Below, one piece after another: positions 55,525 to 64,000 of a DNA stretch of 64,000 nt (position 1 is the stretch's first letter; the number at the start of each line of letters is the position of its first letter). The stretch lies in the NCBI GenBank assembly GCA_045661325.1, contig JAZRFK010000066.1:6484-70483 (forward strand), read 5' to 3'. The position numbers and the translations under genes were made by a program. The notes under the pieces were generated by a model, which searched no databases, was not told the origin of the DNA, and saw only the letters and a list, made by a program, of their open reading frames with translations. The stretch comes from Eubacteriales bacterium. Its GTDB lineage: Bacteria > Bacillota > Clostridia > Oscillospirales > CAG-272.

Positions 55525-56997
55525 TTAGCCTCTTCTTGTCAGCTTATCCCGCATTTTTTGCAGAAGGCTAATAGCCAAGGCATCGCGTAGCAGAAGAATC
55601 GTCATTCCGTAAACGCCGACTCCCACCAAAACCAAAAGAACGGTGTGCAAAATAGAGGGAGAAAGCGCTCTTGCTATCGGCGTGCCGATGATGAGCATAA
55701 GCCCTGCGGAAAACAGAGGCTTCCATATGGGCGCGAAGATGGCACGGAAGGACAGATCTTTCTTGACGAAAAAGAGCATCACGAGCGTTACAACGGCCTC
55801 TGAAACCACCGAGGCTATCACCGCGCCCGTTGCCTTGTAAAAGTAAATTAAGGGAATGTTTAAAACGAGATTTGTCAGGGCGCCCGAAAGAATGGCCGCG
55901 GTAAAAAGCTTGTCCTTCTTGCAAGGCACGAGATATTGCAGGCCGAAAACGTTGCTAAGGCCAATGATGAAAACCAGAGGCGCAAAGAGCTGTAAAAGGC
56001 CAATGCTCTCCATATAGGCGTCTCCCAAAAACCAGGGAATGAGATTTTCCGCAACCATAACGAAGCCTGCCGTCAGGGGAATGCCGAGAAGATACACGAA
56101 ATGGGTGGATTTGTAAATATTTCTTTTCACGGCGTCCACGTTGCCCGTTGCAAACTCGCGGGAGTTGCGGGGAATCATCACGGTGCCGAGCGCCGTTACC
56201 ACGGTCATCGCACATTTGACAATTTTTTCGGCCTCCTCGTAATAGCCGTTTTGCGCGCTGTCCTGGGTGATAACACCGATAAGCGTTTTGTCAAGAACGG
56301 TATAGAGGCTGATGGCGATGTTGGGAATAAAGAGGCGCAAGGAGGGGAAAAGATGCGTCAGCGGTCGAAGGCACAAGGGCGCAGGCTTGCCGCCCTCCCC
56401 CCTTTGTCTTTTGAGGCGCGGAATGGCAAAGGGCCAGAGCGCCAGATTGCTGACAATCAAAACCAGAGAGTTTAACAGGGTGTAAAGCCAAACGTCATCG
56501 GGCGTTTTGACAAACAGGAAAATCCCCGTAACGCCGAGAAGCTTCACGGCAATGTTAATAAGCGTGGTTTTTCCAAACTCCTCGTTCCCCTGAAAGAAGA
56601 AAACGATGTCAACGGCGGTGGCAACGATGTTGACGTTCAAAACGCGCATCAAGGGCGCAATGTCGCCGTAAAGACCGAGGTGAATAAAGAGGTTGTTGAG
56701 CAAAAGGCTTGCCGCTATGGGAATCAGGCGGCAAAGAAAAACCTCCCAGAAAACACGGGTCTGCTCGTTTGGCTCGTCTTGCCATTTGGCAATTTCTCTT
56801 TGGGCGTAGTAGCCGAAGCCCAGGGAGCCCAAAAGGGTGAAATAGGTGATAAAGGAAAAGGCAAGGCTGTAATCGCCAACGCCCGCGGGCAAAAGCGCGC
56901 GCGAAACGTAGGGCGCTGTGACGATAGGTAGAAGTATCAGAAGAATCTGATAGGCCAGGTTGTAAATATAATTGAGCTTTGCGCTTTTATTTTTCAT
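55525..56997 (-). CDS. wzx: Polysaccharide flippase (Wzx / MOP superfamily)
   Basis: 490 aa, about 12-14 TM helices, 'LLILLPIVTAPYVSRALLPAGVGDYS' N-terminus typical of oligosaccharide flippases. Confidence 0.8.
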   Translation of the reverse strand: MKNKSAKLNYIYNLAYQILLILLPIVTAPYVSRALLPAGVGDYSLAFSFITYFTLLGSLGFGYYAQREIAKWQDEPNEQTRVFWEVFLCRLIPIAASLLLNNLFIHLGLYGDIAPLMRVLNVNIVATAVDIVFFFQGNEEFGKTTLINIAVKLLGVTGIFLFVKTPDDVWLYTLLNSLVLIVSNLALWPFAIPRLKRQRGEGGKPAPLCLRPLTHLFPSLRLFIPNIAISLYTVLDKTLIGVITQDSAQNGYYEEAEKIVKCAMTVVTALGTVMIPRNSREFATGNVDAVKRNIYKSTHFVYLLGIPLTAGFVMVAENLIPWFLGDAYMESIGLLQLFAPLVFIIGLSNVFGLQYLVPCKKDKLFTAAILSGALTNLVLNIPLIYFYKATGAVIASVVSEAVVTLVMLFFVKKDLSFRAIFAPIWKPLFSAGLMLIIGTPIARALSPSILHTVLLVLVGVGVYGMTILLLRDALAISLLQKMRDKLTRRG

Positions 56998-58096
56998 TGG
57001 TCAACGCCGCCACCGTCTTTAATGCCTCGGCAATTACCACGTGCATATCGTAATACTTGTATGCGCCAAGTCTGCCGCCGAAGGTTACGTTTTCCTCGTT
57101 CTCACAGAGGGCCTTGTACTTATCGTAAAGCAGGGTGTTCTTGGCATCGTTGACAGGGTAATAAGGCTCCTCGCCCAAAACCCATTCGGACGAATATTCG
57201 CGGCTGATAACCGTTTTCTTTTGCGTGCCGAACTCAAAATGCTTGTGCTCGATAATGCGCGTATAGGGAACGGAGGCCTCGGTATAGTTGACAACGGCGT
57301 TGCCCTGATAGGATTCCATATCCAGTATTTCGGTCTCAAAGCGCACGCTTCTGTATTCCAAGGCGCCAAAGGCGAAATTGAAATAGCGGTCGATGGGGCC
57401 TGTATAAATCACGTGAGAGGCTAACTTGTCAAGCTCCTCCTTGCGTTCGAAATAGTCGCAGTCAGTTATGACATCGGAGCCACTTAACATTTTTTCGATG
57501 ATGGGGGTATAGCCGCCGATGGGAATGCCTTGATAGCGGTCATTGAAATAGTTGTTATCAAAGGTAAAGCGAACAGGCAGGCGCTTGATGATAAAGGCGG
57601 GAAGCTCCTCGCACTTTTTGCCCCATTGCTTTTCGGTGTAGCCTTCAATAAGCTTTTTGTAAATGGTTTCGCCAATGAGGGAAATCGCCTGCTCCTTCAG
57701 GTTGGTGGGCTTTTCGCAAAAGCCCTTTTTCTTTTCCTCATCAATGCGGCGCTTGGCGTCCTCGGGCGTGAAAACGTCGGGCCAGAGCTTCGTAAAGGTG
57801 TTCATGTTGAAGGGAAGGTTATAAAGCTCGTTGCGATAACGGGCAACGGGAGAGTTAACGTAGTTGTTAAACTCCGCAAAGCCGTTGATGTAGTCCCATA
57901 TTTTTTTGTCAGAGGTATGGAAAATGTGGGCGCCGTACTTATGCACGTTGATGCCCTCAATTTCCTCGGTGTAAATATTGCCGCCGATATGGCTTCTCTT
58001 TTCTACCACCAGGCAACGAAAGCCCCGCTTCGTCAGCTCGTGGGCGCAAACGGCGCCAAAAAGGCCCGAGCCAACAATCAGATAATCGTATGTCAT
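56987..58096 (-). CDS. glf: UDP-galactopyranose mutase
   Basis: 'YDYLIVGSGLFGAVCAHEL' FAD fold, 'HIGGNIYTEE', 'GAHIFHT'; 369 aa. Confidence 0.92.
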   Translation of the reverse strand: MTYDYLIVGSGLFGAVCAHELTKRGFRCLVVEKRSHIGGNIYTEEIEGINVHKYGAHIFHTSDKKIWDYINGFAEFNNYVNSPVARYRNELYNLPFNMNTFTKLWPDVFTPEDAKRRIDEEKKKGFCEKPTNLKEQAISLIGETIYKKLIEGYTEKQWGKKCEELPAFIIKRLPVRFTFDNNYFNDRYQGIPIGGYTPIIEKMLSGSDVITDCDYFERKEELDKLASHVIYTGPIDRYFNFAFGALEYRSVRFETEILDMESYQGNAVVNYTEASVPYTRIIEHKHFEFGTQKKTVISREYSSEWVLGEEPYYPVNDAKNTLLYDKYKALCENEENVTFGGRLGAYKYYDMHVVIAEALKTVAALTNEK

Positions 58097-58166
58097 GTTT
58101 CAAACCGCACCTTCGCCGAGGCAAAGGCTCCTTTCTTTTGTTGAGGTCAAGAAAAATCGCCGTCTA

Positions 58167-59153
58167 TCAGGAAATAGTCTTTAAATAGAGCTTGCGCGCC
58201 AAGGGATAGAGGAGGAAGGCGGAATAGAGCAAAAGCTTGCATTTTTTGCCCTCCAAAAAGCGTTCGTATACCTCTTGGTCGCGGTTTTTGACGAAGGCGA
58301 AAAATTCCTTGATGCGTGCCTTCGCCTCGCGGCTTTTGTCAAAGCTCAGAAGCACCCCAAGCTCAACGTCTGCCATTACGGCAATGCGCTTGGCCATAAA
58401 GCTGCGCTGGCCATCGGTAAGCGCCTCTCTCTTTTCCTTGTAAAGCGAGAAAAGACGCTCCAAAACCAAGTGATGCTGGGGAAGGTTCTTCCGCATACTC
58501 GCGGGGTTGACGCTCTGCGTTGCCTGCGCTACGCGGTACATATACACCGTCTTATCGAAATAAGCCACCGTTTTTACGCTCGGAATGGGAAAAAGGGTGT
58601 ACTCGGTATCGGTGTAAAAGCAGTTGTCAAGCGGCTCTGCCTGCTTGAAAAGGAGCGTTTTGTAGGTCAAGGCGTGCATCTGGTAGGGAACCTTGGTATA
58701 TGCTTGCTCAAAGGAAAGCGTTTCCTCTGCCGTAAGAGAGGCGCGCTCCACCGAAATGACCTTTTTCTCGCTGTTGTCATAAACCTCGTAGTCGGAGACC
58801 ACAAGGTCAGCGTCCGTCTGCTCCAAGAAGGCGATAAAGGCCGCAAGGTTTTCCGTTTTCACCCAGTCATCGCCGTCCACCATCTTGAAATATTTTCCTG
58901 TGGCGTTGGCAATGCCGCTGTTGACGGTAGAGCCGGGGCCCTCGTTTTTCTTGCGGATAAGCTTGACGGTGTCGGGGTAACGGGCGGCGTACTCCTCTAC
59001 GATGTCGGGCGTGTTGTCGCGGCTGCCGTCATCGGTCACGATAAGCTCAATTTTGTTTCTTGCCTCAGAGTCGCAAAAGGAAACGAGGTTTTCCAAAATC
59101 ATCTCGCCTAAGTTGTAGGAGGCAACGCTGACGGATAAAACTTTCTCACTCAT
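58167..59153 (-). CDS. Family 2 glycosyltransferase
   Basis: 'SVSVASYN', 'LIVTDDGSRDNT', 'DGDDW' (DxD); 328 aa. Confidence 0.8.
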   Translation of the reverse strand: MSEKVLSVSVASYNLGEMILENLVSFCDSEARNKIELIVTDDGSRDNTPDIVEEYAARYPDTVKLIRKKNEGPGSTVNSGIANATGKYFKMVDGDDWVKTENLAAFIAFLEQTDADLVVSDYEVYDNSEKKVISVERASLTAEETLSFEQAYTKVPYQMHALTYKTLLFKQAEPLDNCFYTDTEYTLFPIPSVKTVAYFDKTVYMYRVAQATQSVNPASMRKNLPQHHLVLERLFSLYKEKREALTDGQRSFMAKRIAVMADVELGVLLSFDKSREAKARIKEFFAFVKNRDQEVYERFLEGKKCKLLLYSAFLLYPLARKLYLKTIS

Positions 59154-61179
59154 AATCCACCTGTCCTGTCAGATAAATTTTTTCTAAAAGTGCCGCAGAC
59201 TCCTTGGCATCAAAATGTCCCTTTGCCAGCTCCTTGGCATACTCCTCACGGGGAAGCGGTGCGCTTCGCGCCTGCAAAACGGCATCGGCCCAAAGAGCAG
59301 GGCTTGCAATATCCACGAAGGAAACGAGATCCGTAAAGGCAACCTCGCGCGTGATGGTGGAGGCACAGACGGTGGGAAGGCCCGTTCCCTGTGCTTCAAC
59401 AGCGGAGATGGGGAGACCCTCAAACAAAGAGGGCAAAAGAAAGATGTCGCTTGCCATTAAAAGCGCGGGTACATCGTCGCGCAGGCCAAGGAAGGAAACG
59501 CAGCCCGAAAGCCCCGTTTTCTCGACCTTCTCGACAATCTCCTGCTTCAAGGGGCCGTCTCCAATCAACAGAAGATGGAAGGATTTTCCCTTTTCGGCAA
59601 GAAGCTGGGCGGTTTCTATGAGGAAGGTGTGATTCTTTTCGGGAGCAAAGCGCCCGATGTGGCAAAGCGTCAGCTCATCCGTCAGGCCAAGCTCTTGTCT
59701 GTACGCCTTGCGCGTTTCTTCCGAGAAAATATACCGTTCGCTGTCGATGCCGTTGTTGATAACGGCGTAGCGCTTCTTTTCCATCACGGCGGCGGGAAAT
59801 TTTCTCTTGGCCGCCTTTTCGGAGCAGGCCAAAAAGCCGTCTGCGTATTTTTCAATACGCTTGTCCGAATAGGACTTGATGAGCCTGTACTTGAAGGAGG
59901 CGGAGCTTCCTGCCGCGTGCGAATGCACGTATACGCGCTTAACCCCGAATTTCTTGGCGATGCGCGCGGCGTGACAAAGGGCGTAAAGACTGCCTGACTG
60001 AATGTGAATCACATCAAAGCTCTCGGTCTTTAAGATGCGCTTTAATCCGTGCGTGGTGTAAAACTTCCGCAAGGGCGTTTGGAAGGGATAGTCCAAGTGA
60101 ATAAGCCCGTAGCCGCGCTCCTTGATGAGTGAAAGCAGGGCCTCGTTGTCAGCGGTATAGGGGGTGGCAAAGGTGTAGGCGATGCCTTCACCCTTGAAGG
60201 CGCGCGCCATATTCAGCATAAATGCCTCCTGACCGCCGTAGGAAAGGGGCTCACAGAAAAATTCCAGCACCTTGACCTTGGAATTTTGTCTGAAAACGTA
60301 TTCCTTGGTGGGCTTGAAGGTTTTGACCGCACGGGCGCCTTGGCGCAGAATGGCGAGCTTTTCCTTTTTCATCGGGGTTTTGGAGAAGCGGATCTTGATG
60401 CGGTGATAAAGCTTCTTGATGAAATAATAAAGCTTGCCGCGAAGACCCTCCTTGGCGTAGAAATAGCCCTCGTTCCGATAGGCGTAAAAATATCTGTCCA
60501 AGCGGTCGCCTGTGTCAGATACGATGTCTGCGCCAATGTTGTTCTTGGATTTATGAACGGCAATACTGTCTGCCACGAGATAGCAGGGGTATTCCTTGGA
60601 AATGCGGGAGGTGTATTCCCAGTCGTCTCCCCAGATGAAAAACTCGCGGTAGGGAAGCCCAACCTCCTCGATAACCTTGGCGGTCAGGAAAAGGGAAACG
60701 AAGGAGGCAAGCTTCACTCTTTGGTTGCGGGTGAAGTCGGAAAGCTCCTTGGAAAGCGTTTTGCGCTGCGCGTTCATTTTGCAAATGCTTCCGTCCGTCC
60801 AGCGAACGACACCCGACAAAAAGCCAAAGTTGTCGTTAAGCGCTTCGGCACAGCGCAAAAAGCCTTCAAGCGCCGTTTCTGTGACGATGCAATCGTCATC
60901 CATTAACCAAACGTAATAGGCACCGAGCGTGACGGCGCGGCGAATACCGTAGGCGAAGCCGCCGGCACCGCCCAAGTTCTTGCCCGTATTCTCATAAATA
61001 ACGGCGGGGTTTTCCAAAAGGTCGGCAATATACTCCTTGGTGCCGTCAGTACCTGCGTTGTCCACCACTAAAATACGCAGATTTTCGTTTTCGGATGCTA
61101 AAAGGGCCAAAATGCCTTCTCGAAGCAGCACCTTACGGTTGTAGGTTACCACAACCGCAAAAATCGTTTTCTCACTCAA
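59146..61179 (-). CDS. Two-domain glycosyltransferase (N-terminal GT2-like, C-terminal GT4-like)
   Basis: N-terminus 'FAVVVTYNR...VVDNAGTDGT...LMDDDC'. C-terminus 'GRFAPEKNH...LIGDGP...PSLFEGLPISAVEAQGTGLP'. TTG 61179 follows GAGGAAAC and abuts the upstream stop. The track ORF to 61320 is over-extended. Confidence 0.75.
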   Translation of the reverse strand: MSEKTIFAVVVTYNRKVLLREGILALLASENENLRILVVDNAGTDGTKEYIADLLENPAVIYENTGKNLGGAGGFAYGIRRAVTLGAYYVWLMDDDCIVTETALEGFLRCAEALNDNFGFLSGVVRWTDGSICKMNAQRKTLSKELSDFTRNQRVKLASFVSLFLTAKVIEEVGLPYREFFIWGDDWEYTSRISKEYPCYLVADSIAVHKSKNNIGADIVSDTGDRLDRYFYAYRNEGYFYAKEGLRGKLYYFIKKLYHRIKIRFSKTPMKKEKLAILRQGARAVKTFKPTKEYVFRQNSKVKVLEFFCEPLSYGGQEAFMLNMARAFKGEGIAYTFATPYTADNEALLSLIKERGYGLIHLDYPFQTPLRKFYTTHGLKRILKTESFDVIHIQSGSLYALCHAARIAKKFGVKRVYVHSHAAGSSASFKYRLIKSYSDKRIEKYADGFLACSEKAAKRKFPAAVMEKKRYAVINNGIDSERYIFSEETRKAYRQELGLTDELTLCHIGRFAPEKNHTFLIETAQLLAEKGKSFHLLLIGDGPLKQEIVEKVEKTGLSGCVSFLGLRDDVPALLMASDIFLLPSLFEGLPISAVEAQGTGLPTVCASTITREVAFTDLVSFVDIASPALWADAVLQARSAPLPREEYAKELAKGHFDAKESAALLEKIYLTGQVDYE

Positions 61180-62393
61180 AGCGATGTTTCCTCGTTTCTT
61201 TCTTTTCGTTTGGGGAAGGAGAAAAGCGCCTCTCCGTTTGCTATATAGGAAAGGGAAAGCGCAAAGACGTTGTAGCGAATGTCGCAAAGATAGGATTCGA
61301 AAAATCCGTTGATAAAGCAAATAAACAAGGCAAAGACCAGCCAGTAGTTGCGGCTCTTCAAGGCATGACGCATAGAAAGAACGTCGATAATCATCACCAT
61401 CAGAAAGCCGAAGATGCCCGTGTTAAAGAGGTAAAAATACCAGGCCGCGTCCACACCGATATATTCGTCAAACGGCATCCAGTTGATGCGCTGACCGAAA
61501 AGGGTAAGCTTTTGCTCGGCAAAGGCGCGCGCGGTATATAGGAGCCTGTTGGAGAAGAAGCCGTTGATGCGAATGGCAAGCGGTACCTCCAAGGCATAAA
61601 GCAACACCAAAAGCCCGAAAAGCAGAAAAAGGAAAAGCGGAAAGAAGCAGAGAACGTTGTAGACCTTCGGCTTTTGCAGAGCGGGGAAGGAGAGGGCAAA
61701 ATCCTTTTTAAAATGCTTGATGAGCTTATAAGCCAGCGTGACGAAAACGATAAGAAGCGTCAGCCCGAAGCCCGTGCGTGTGTCCGTTTTCCAATAGATG
61801 AAGCAGGAGAGGGCAACCTCAAGCGCCAGAAGCCAATAGGGCGTTTTCTCCCGAAAGCCGTAGTTCAGGGTGAGCGCAACGAACATCATCAGGGTTTGCG
61901 AGAGGGTTGCATAGGTGAAGCCCAGGGTGTATCTCTCGGTTTCGCCGCGCAGAGAAAAAACCTCGTTGGGCAGAACGCCAATAAGGGCAAGCAGTATCAC
62001 CAAAAGAAGCGCCCCACCGATAAAGCAAGCGGCCTTCTTGGTAAAATCGCGAAAATCGTGACGGCGCAATGCGTACATAAAAACGGGTAGAACGACGAAA
62101 AGCGTTCTGTCGTTTTTCGTTTTTATCAGAATGCAAAGCCCCAAAAACAGAAAAGCAAGCAAGAGAAGCGTACCGCCGTTCAAAGCGGCGTTTCCCTTGA
62201 AAGCGGAAATCACAACCGAAAGCAAAACGGCCAAGAACAAAACCGTGTTGATGGTGAAAAGTATGTTGCCGAGAATGGCGTTGTTCGGAATGGTGGAGGC
62301 TCTGAACACCTCCGTCATGCACCAGGTGCAAATGAGCCACGGAATGTTCTTTTCAAGCAGGGCAAAAGCGCGCAGGTTAAAAACTCTTTCCAT
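61176..62393 (-). CDS. Polysaccharide polymerase / O-antigen-ligase-like membrane protein (Wzy-like)
   Basis: 405 aa, about 10-12 TM helices, inside the glycan operon. The call rests on context and topology. Confidence 0.5.
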   Translation of the reverse strand: MERVFNLRAFALLEKNIPWLICTWCMTEVFRASTIPNNAILGNILFTINTVLFLAVLLSVVISAFKGNAALNGGTLLLLAFLFLGLCILIKTKNDRTLFVVLPVFMYALRRHDFRDFTKKAACFIGGALLLVILLALIGVLPNEVFSLRGETERYTLGFTYATLSQTLMMFVALTLNYGFREKTPYWLLALEVALSCFIYWKTDTRTGFGLTLLIVFVTLAYKLIKHFKKDFALSFPALQKPKVYNVLCFFPLFLFLLFGLLVLLYALEVPLAIRINGFFSNRLLYTARAFAEQKLTLFGQRINWMPFDEYIGVDAAWYFYLFNTGIFGFLMVMIIDVLSMRHALKSRNYWLVFALFICFINGFFESYLCDIRYNVFALSLSYIANGEALFSFPKRKERNEETSL

Positions 62394-63159
62394 ATTTCTC
62401 CTTTTTGAACTTGGCCTTCAAGAAGCTCGTCCCCTTTTTCCACCAGTTGACGCGCTCAATGTTTTCAAGGCCAACCTCCGTATACGAAATGCCGTTCGTT
62501 TTGATATATACATCCAAGAGAAGCTCACTGACGCGGCCGAAGAAGCGAGCGTGGAAGGGGGTGTACTGCGAAGCGTCGATTCGCTTTTCAAGCTCGAAAA
62601 GTATGGGGAAAAGCCAGGCGCAGTAGGCGTCAACGGCCGTCTTCTTTGCCACGAACATATTGAACATATGGCCGCTTCTGCGCTTTTTCAGTCCCTCAAA
62701 GGCGGGGGAATAGAGAGGGCAAAGCTCGGCAATGATTTTTCCCGCCTCGTCCAAGGGCTCCACGTACATCGTGTGGGCGTAGTGGGAATAGAGCGTTTCA
62801 ATATAGTAGTTGCGCTTTTTGGGCAGAATGAAATCGTACTTTTCTAAAAGCTGCTCTGCCTGCTCGCAAGACAGCACGCGGTTTTTGCGCTTGCCCACGG
62901 GAAAGGGCGCCTTTCCGTGCAAATGCCGCCTGTAATGGACAAGACCCAGGTTGTCCGCCTCCACGTTCTTCCAAGCAAAATACAAGGCGGTCAATTCACA
63001 AAAGAAGGGGTTTTTGGCGGCAATGTTGTCGCCTGTATTATCGCGTATATATCCCTCGGGCAATTCGGGCGCTCCGCCAACCAGAATCGGCAGGTATGCG
63101 CTTGCCGCGGGCATCGGATATTCCTTATGGGTAACAACGAGTATTTTCGTGTTGGCCAT
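62377..63159 (-). CDS. DUF4422-family exopolysaccharide biosynthesis protein (putative glycosyltransferase)
   Basis: 'KILVVTHKEYPMP...YLPILVG...NIAAKNPFFCELTALYFAWKN' matches the DUF4422 pattern as recalled. It is the first gene of the operon. Confidence 0.7.
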   Translation of the reverse strand: MANTKILVVTHKEYPMPAASAYLPILVGGAPELPEGYIRDNTGDNIAAKNPFFCELTALYFAWKNVEADNLGLVHYRRHLHGKAPFPVGKRKNRVLSCEQAEQLLEKYDFILPKKRNYYIETLYSHYAHTMYVEPLDEAGKIIAELCPLYSPAFEGLKKRRSGHMFNMFVAKKTAVDAYCAWLFPILFELEKRIDASQYTPFHARFFGRVSELLLDVYIKTNGISYTEVGLENIERVNWWKKGTSFLKAKFKKEKYGKSF

Positions 63160-63490
63160 CGTAAAGTCCTCCTTCTGTGCTATAAATAAATTAAGGTAAT
63201 AAAGATAAAGTTATACATCCTATATCATAACACATTTATTTGAAAAAATCAAGGAAATTCTTTCCTGTATGAAGAAAAATGCAAAAAAGATCGAAAAACG
63301 GATTTTTTGCCTTTAAAGCTTCGCCGCTTTCTTGCGCTTTCTTGAAAACACAAATTATTCGCCGCAGGTAAAGCAGGCGCAAAAAAACGGCCGCCGCAAG
63401 CCATCCTTACCCTGTGAGAAAGCCTGCGTCAGCCGCTTTTTTGTTGTTGCTTTTGTGTGTCAATAATTATTTGCAAATAAAGATAATATG

Positions 63491-64000
63491 CTATATTTCT
63501 GATATTCCATCCAAGATGTGCATATGGCGAAGCGCGGGGTCCTTGATGCCGTTTTGCACCGAAAAGGCGTGAGAGGAAAGCTCATTGCCTTCGGCCTCGG
63601 AGAAGCCGTTGGCTGTCAGCGCCTCGATGAAAAGACGGGCAACGGCCTCTATCACCTCGGCCTTGCCTGCGGCAACGGATTTTTCATTACCGAGCTCGCA
63701 AAGTCCCGTTAAGGTGTCAGCCAAATCGGAAAAGCGCGCAAGGCCGCGCATTCCGCGAAAGGCCCATTTATAAAAGGGCTCGTAGGCGTTGTTTAAGAGA
63801 TACACGGTGGAAATGGCGTGGCGCACAAAGGCAAAAACGGCAAGCTGCGCTGCTCCCGTTTCCTCGCGCTTGACAAGCCGCGGGTAGTTGTAAAGCCCAC
63901 TCTGTGTCATAGCCAAGGCGTGCGCCGCCAAAAGCTTTTTGCGTACGTCAATCGGATAGCCTGCCTGCAAAATTCCGCGAACACGCGAAAAGCAGCCGTC
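63491..64000 (-). CDS. C-terminal part of a DUF4037-like (nucleotidyltransferase-associated) protein; gene continues past the window end
   Basis: The frame is open from 64000 (...DGCFSRVRGILQAGYPIDVRKKLLAAHALAMTQSGLYNYPR...YEPFYKWAFRGM...). The family is recalled from this pattern only. Confidence 0.45.
   Translation of the reverse strand, partial: DGCFSRVRGILQAGYPIDVRKKLLAAHALAMTQSGLYNYPRLVKREETGAAQLAVFAFVRHAISTVYLLNNAYEPFYKWAFRGMRGLARFSDLADTLTGLCELGNEKSVAAGKAEVIEAVARLFIEALTANGFSEAEGNELSSHAFSVQNGIKDPALRHMHILDGISEI

Noticed and set aside
63160-63490. AT-rich 330-bp intergenic region with the short tandem repeat GCTTTCTTGC GCTTTCTTG; considered as a CRISPR leader/array, IS remnant or small RNA gene.
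   Set aside because: There are only two short repeat units, no spacer periodicity, no inverted terminal repeats and no ORF. It is most simply the promoter and regulatory region of the polysaccharide operon.

Overview
This 64-kb chromosomal segment has gene content typical of an anaerobic, fairly GC-rich Firmicute (Clostridia). I could not run any search, so calls rest on motifs I recognise, ORF length and topology, gene order, and start-site and RBS inspection. GC content was not computed. Non-coding coordinates are approximate (about +/-2 nt).

Most of the window is housekeeping:
- a YhhQ queuosine-precursor transporter behind a preQ1-like leader, then pyk
- a lipid block: acpP, plsX, a GNAT gene, fakB (DegV), fakA (DAK2)
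- a TetR gene followed by a membrane protein with a RyR domain and a 716-aa unknown
- typA and rlmH
- metF, a split metH, and nfnAB
- an ABC exporter, a HAD hydrolase, galT and a CPBP protease
- nrdG, nrdD and trxB
- pgsA, rimO, and a J-domain/DUF5685 pair
- a galactofuranose-type polysaccharide operon: DUF4422, wzy-like, GT2-GT4 fusion, GT2, glf, wzx

The standout is a 14.9-kb block of about 18 genes, all on the minus strand (35392-50302). It encodes only virion proteins: terS, terL, portal, scaffold, major capsid, a 972-aa BspA-LRR protein, fibre and receptor-binding proteins, an XkdX-like peptide and small membrane proteins. I found no integrase, att repeats, repressor, replication genes, tape measure, tube or sheath, prohead protease or recognisable endolysin. 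Housekeeping operons flank it directly on both sides. I rank it as a candidate domesticated or GTA-like particle locus, with a prophage remnant as the alternative.

Other observations worth a second look:
- NrdD carries a C-terminal thioredoxin/NrdH-like domain, and trxB follows it.
- NrdD has an Arg codon where I expect the glycyl-radical Gly.
- The preQ1-I-like aptamer is interrupted by an inserted hairpin.
- A consensus promoter upstream of nrdG is overlapped by tandem NrdR-box-like palindromes.
- A J-domain protein with a C-terminal cysteine string is translationally coupled to a DUF5685 protein.

I saw no rRNA, tRNA, CRISPR array, IS element or transposase.
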